NCBI GenBank assembly: GCA_013331265.1 | Contig: DUGS01000159.1 | Span: 27,988 to 67,008, forward strand | DNA length: 39,021 nucleotides | DNA from: Methanosarcina sp. | Lineage (GTDB): Archaea > Halobacteriota > Methanosarcinia > Methanosarcinales > Methanosarcinaceae | Direction: 5' to 3' | Part shown: positions 38,928-39,021 of the stretch, piece by piece | Numbering within the stretch: the first letter of the stretch is position 1 | How the letters are laid out: every line of letters starts with the position of its first letter | Program-made: the position numbers and the translations under genes | Notes under the pieces: generated by a model | Database searches by the model: none | What the model was told of the DNA's origin: nothing | The model's input: the letters and a program-made list of their open reading frames with translations, nothing else

Positions 38928-39021
38928 GTGAACTACCACCGAGCTAAAGACTCGGCGGCTTCCTGATTCATTCCCCTTTCTATCGAAAGCAAGTCCTCAG
39001 GCTCTTCCCCGCGTTCCGCAG
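38928..39021 (-). mobile_element. Right end of an IS200/IS605-family (tnpB-type) element or derived MITE, continuing beyond the window
   Basis: Minus strand reads ...gaatcaggaagccgccgagtctttagctcggtggtagttcac: a subterminal hairpin ending in GGTAGTTCAC, as typical of these ends. Confidence 0.7.

Overview
Chromosomal segment of a Methanosarcina-type methanogenic archaeon, inferred from MC1 chromatin protein, MtaA, a Ram-type corrinoid activase, an Msr-type regulator and an archaeal tRNA-Gln. Left to right: SAM-methyltransferase/D-Ala-D-Ala-ligase-like fusion, ArsB/NhaD transporter, MC1 flanked by two solo HicB-like genes, two paralogous putative structured ncRNAs, tRNA-Gln(UUG), a beta-helix surface protein, an Fe-S flavoprotein, a DUF2111-PAS-PAS-GAF sensor, a four-unit tandem repeat carrying mini-ORFs, an ABC exporter, RibD-like and YbjQ genes, a six-gene Hyf/Ehr complex-I-like operon, Msr regulator with receiver and hybrid kinase, a type IIC-like P-type ATPase, mtaA-ram, a soluble chemoreceptor, a polynucleotide kinase/phosphoesterase and an IS200/IS605-type end at the right edge. 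Strongest leads: (1) the Ehr-like complex lacks the NiFe motifs and also has all four canonical [4Fe-4S] cysteines of its small subunit replaced (D/T/D/N), while the ion-translocating subunits look intact; (2) a duplicated ~170-nt minus-strand RNA with covarying stems, UGGGGG-type loops and a shared promoter. All calls come from motif reading only; no searches were run.
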